Shown: one piece after another, positions 63,419 through 64,000 of the stretch
Layout of the letters: the number at the start of each line of letters is the position of its first letter
How positions within the stretch are numbered: position 1 is the first letter of the stretch
From: Octopus sinensis
Lineage: Eukaryota
Direction of reading: 5' to 3'
Length of the DNA stretch: 64,000 nt
Assembly (NCBI RefSeq): GCF_006345805.1
Contig: NC_042999.1
Location: 79,546,001 to 79,610,000, forward strand
The notes under the pieces: generated by a model
Told to the model about the DNA's origin: nothing
Seen by the model: the letters and a program-made list of their open reading frames with translations, nothing else
The model's database searches: none
Program-made: the position numbers and the translations under genes

Positions 63419-63737
63419 CTAGCAGTATCGCCCGGCGTTGCTCAGGTTTGTAAGGGAAATAACTATAAAGCATTTTTAGAGAGTTATAGCCAAAAAATAG
63501 CCAAAAAATGGAAAAAAAATGATGGTAAATTTTTTGAGAGTTAAAAAAGGTGGAGTTGCGTCCCCTAGACGGTCTGTGGTTGGGTTCTGATTCTCGACCC
63601 CATGTCGAATTTATCGATTTTTTCAGAACTGGGGGAACTTTTCAAAATTTTCGCTGCGTTAGTTGGAATTATGACATTGGGCTATGTGTGTGTCAAGTTT
63701 CATCAGGACACACAGAAAACGCACAGACAAACTGCCG

Positions 63738-63750
<13 letters not shown>
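63419..63750 (-). mobile_element. Non-autonomous Helitron, same family as 38009-44466
   Basis: The reverse complement starts (TA)nTAACGGCAGTTTGTCTGTGCG and matches 38021-38255 closely. It ends CCTGAGCAACGCCGGGCGATACTGCTAG|T. Confidence 0.93.
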
Positions 63751-63790
<40 letters not shown>

Positions 63791-64000
63791 ATATATGTGT
63801 GTGTGTGTGTGGTGTGTGGTGTGTGCGTGCGTGTGTGTGTGTGTGTGTGTGGATATATATATATATATATATATACATACACGTGTGCATATATGAATGT
63901 ATATGTGTGTATATAGTATGTGCGTGAGTATATTTGTATGGATACAGTGCGAATGAGTGGAAAATAGAAATAAATACATATAATATCTATCCACGAGAGA

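Overview
AT-rich, microsatellite-dense eukaryotic (animal) DNA. The SINE families and simple-repeat load point to an octopus or other coleoid cephalopod; this is an inference and was not checked against a database. I find no supportable host protein-coding exon, tRNA/rRNA gene or CRISPR array. Nearly all listed six-frame ORFs are translations of (AT)n, (AC)n, (AG)n, (TATG)n or (ACC)n repeats. The recognisable content is a fossil record of mobile DNA. The main element is a full-length but decayed, GC-rich Helitron (38009-44466). It has both termini, a Rep HUH/Y2 domain and a PIF1 helicase, at least five frame disruptions and a SINE inserted with an 11-bp target duplication. A ~330-bp non-autonomous derivative of the same Helitron sits at 63419-63750. 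Also present are a near-complete DD34E Tc1 element (61847-63087), mariner remnants, several MITE/foldback elements and palindromes, RTE, Tx1/L1 and R4/Dong-like LINE fragments, and several Penelope-like (PLE) remnants. Some PLE remnants carry hammerhead-like motifs and one carries a five-copy CRE+CCAAT array. Dozens of tRNA-derived SINEs of at least four modular types are scattered throughout. There is one 100-N assembly gap. I see no clearly new biological system; the best leads are the Helitron pair, the PLE regulatory/ribozyme module and the near-perfect inverted repeats.
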